64,000 nt of DNA from Octopus vulgaris. Its lineage: Eukaryota. The notes beneath the pieces are model-generated. The model did not search any database. It was not told the DNA's origin and saw only the letters and a list, made by a program, of their open reading frames with translations. Each line of letters begins with the position of its first letter. The stretch's first letter is position 1. The position numbers were made by a program, and so were the translations under genes. Shown piece after piece: positions 61,972 through 64,000 of the stretch. The stretch spans positions 8,308,001-8,372,000 of the forward strand of contig OX597831.1 of assembly GCA_951406725.2 (NCBI GenBank), read 5' to 3'.

Positions 61972-64000
61972 TATAAAAGTCACTTGACCCTTAGAAAAGG
62001 AGGACACACTGGAGAATATAATTTCTAGATAAGTAATGTTCCAGTGTGTAAGAGAAGGACAAGATGTCATCACTGGAATGGTTTTCTTGGTCCAGTGATG
62101 ACCTGTGTCTAAACAAAAACAATTAAAAACAAGATTAAAACAACCAAATCGGCACTCAATACAAATCGTCTAAAAATATTTCATCAATATTTAATCACAA
62201 CAGCAATACCATTTTTTATTTATTTATTTTGATAAATTTCAAAAAGAAAAAAAAATGTTAATAAAGTTATGTAAAGGAGGAGACTAAATCCACCAGGGTT
62301 GTCATTTTAAAGCCTTACTTTGTCATGCTAGCATGGTTCAGACTGAATTCAAGGAGACAAGATTTTACAGCTGGATGCCCTTCCTGTCACCAACCTGTTT
62401 CCAACCAAGGTAATATTCCCCCATGACCAGGCATGTTTTTACAGAAGACTGGAAAGGAACAAGCCCACTTGTATGACAATGATACTCATTTATAATTATC
62501 TTGTCTTTACAAGGAAGCACACACACGATTCTTTCATTTTCTGGTTACAAAATCCATTCACAAGAATCAGGTTGGCCTGGGTCTATAGACGACACTGCCC
62601 CAAGATACCAAATATCTACATAAGCAGAGATTAAAAATTGATGTCTTAATATGGCCAAGTCAATAAAATGTTGGGCCACCAGCCAAAAGATTACCAGTTC
62701 AAATCATGTGGCCAGTGGTCAATGATATTGAACAGCATCAACAATCAAGAAAATTCATACAAGCTGACTTAATTACATATACAGATTCACTGAGTAAGCA
62801 GGGAGAGCACTGTATAGTTAATGAGTGCTCCAAACCATATACGTCTTCTATAATTCTACTGGATATGCATGAACAAAATCTAAGCAGAACATTAAACAAT
62901 CATTCTGTCTCAAACTAAAAGCACACTTTTCTTTTATTACCATCAACACAATGGGCTCTGCCCCTCACCCCAAACTCTCTCTGGTCCTTACTAAGACTTA
63001 GGCCACTGGCAATGGTTCATCATATTTTCCTATCCTGAGCTTTGCTCTTTAACCCAACTCAGGTGTACTTTGCTTTCACCATGCTTGTAGGATCCTGTGC
63101 CAGGTAATTCCTAACCATTTCTAGTATCCTTGGAAATTTCATGTAAGGACCTATCTGGCAGTGCTTGCTACTGGCATGCACAATGTTCCCAATCCATTGC
63201 TGCCTCTCCCTTGCTATCTCTTGTTCAGCAGGTGATTAATAGGCCCTGAATCAGAGATTTGTGTTGCTGATCTGGTCTGGCCAGTTGACACAGAGGATTG
63301 TTCGATATCCATTCAACAGAACTTTTGTCATCCTTACTGCATATATATTAACTCAACCAACACACCCTCCTTCTTAAAATACATCCCAGAAAACACACAC
63401 ACACACACACAGATGCACGTGGATTGGTGGATGTTTATTTTTTTTTAAACAAGGTAAAGAATTCAATGCATAGACTGTGTATATTTTATTAGAAACCAAA
63501 ACTTCTTAATCCATAACTTAGTTTCATGGTATTGATTATTCAACTAAATGAAGTAGTGAAGCAGTACTATTATTTAATCAAAACCATTTGCAAACACATC
63601 AAAATATAGTCAACAGTAAGTAGAGAGAGATTTGATTGGTTGTTAAAAGAGTCAGTAGAAAATGTCTTACACTGATCTTCAATTGTCAGGTATAACATTT
63701 TCATCTAGTCACAAAAACATGTATGATTTTTGTAAGTGACTCAGTCAAGTGTGTGTGTGTGTGTGATTGTTTTCTTTGTGTTGTGAGTTGGTGACCTCAC
63801 TACTGCAGGTGTTACGTAAACAAAATCAAAAGAAAAAAAAAACAGGTGCACATTGGAGATGCCATTAAGCCATAGAATCCATGCCAAAGCAGACACTGGA
63901 GCTTAATGCAGTCCTCTGGTCAGTTGGATTCAGTCAAACTGACCAATCCATGCCAGCATGGAAGACAGGTGTTAAATGATGTTGATCATAAATAAGTCTG

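Noticed and set aside
57828-64000. First coding exon of the UBTD gene (expected MGxC-type N-terminus)
   Set aside because: No convincing minus-strand ATG-GGN exon with a phase-1 donor was found by eye. It probably lies beyond the window.

Overview
AT-rich, intron-containing animal genomic DNA, dense in microsatellites and SINEs. The repeat content suggests an octopus or other cephalopod, which is inference only. Three protein-coding loci are supported. (1) The >2.8 kb terminal coding exon of a low-complexity, probably disordered protein (open from the window edge to the stop at 2869; weakly RFX7-like) with a ~3.9 kb 3' UTR. (2) A complete six-exon THOC3/Tex1 gene on + (17952-26976, 319 aa; all introns GT-AG and phase-compatible). 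(3) The last two coding exons of a UBTD1/2-like gene on - (57827-57591 and 46742-46345), with exon 1 probably beyond the right edge. The rest is mobile DNA: several SINE families, CR1 and RTE LINE fragments, decayed mariner and DD41D transposons, and piggyBac-like and 9-bp-TSD MITEs. The most notable structure is at 12117-12625: a head-to-head inverted dimer of a tRNA-headed element whose tail carries a Penelope-type minimal hammerhead ribozyme motif, bracketed by a single 12-bp target-site duplication. Two more fold-back elements lie immediately upstream, one with a second hammerhead-like core. An RTE-type LINE with a twin-priming-style 5' inversion is at 32486-32858. Most short ORFs in the supplied track are microsatellite or repeat artefacts.
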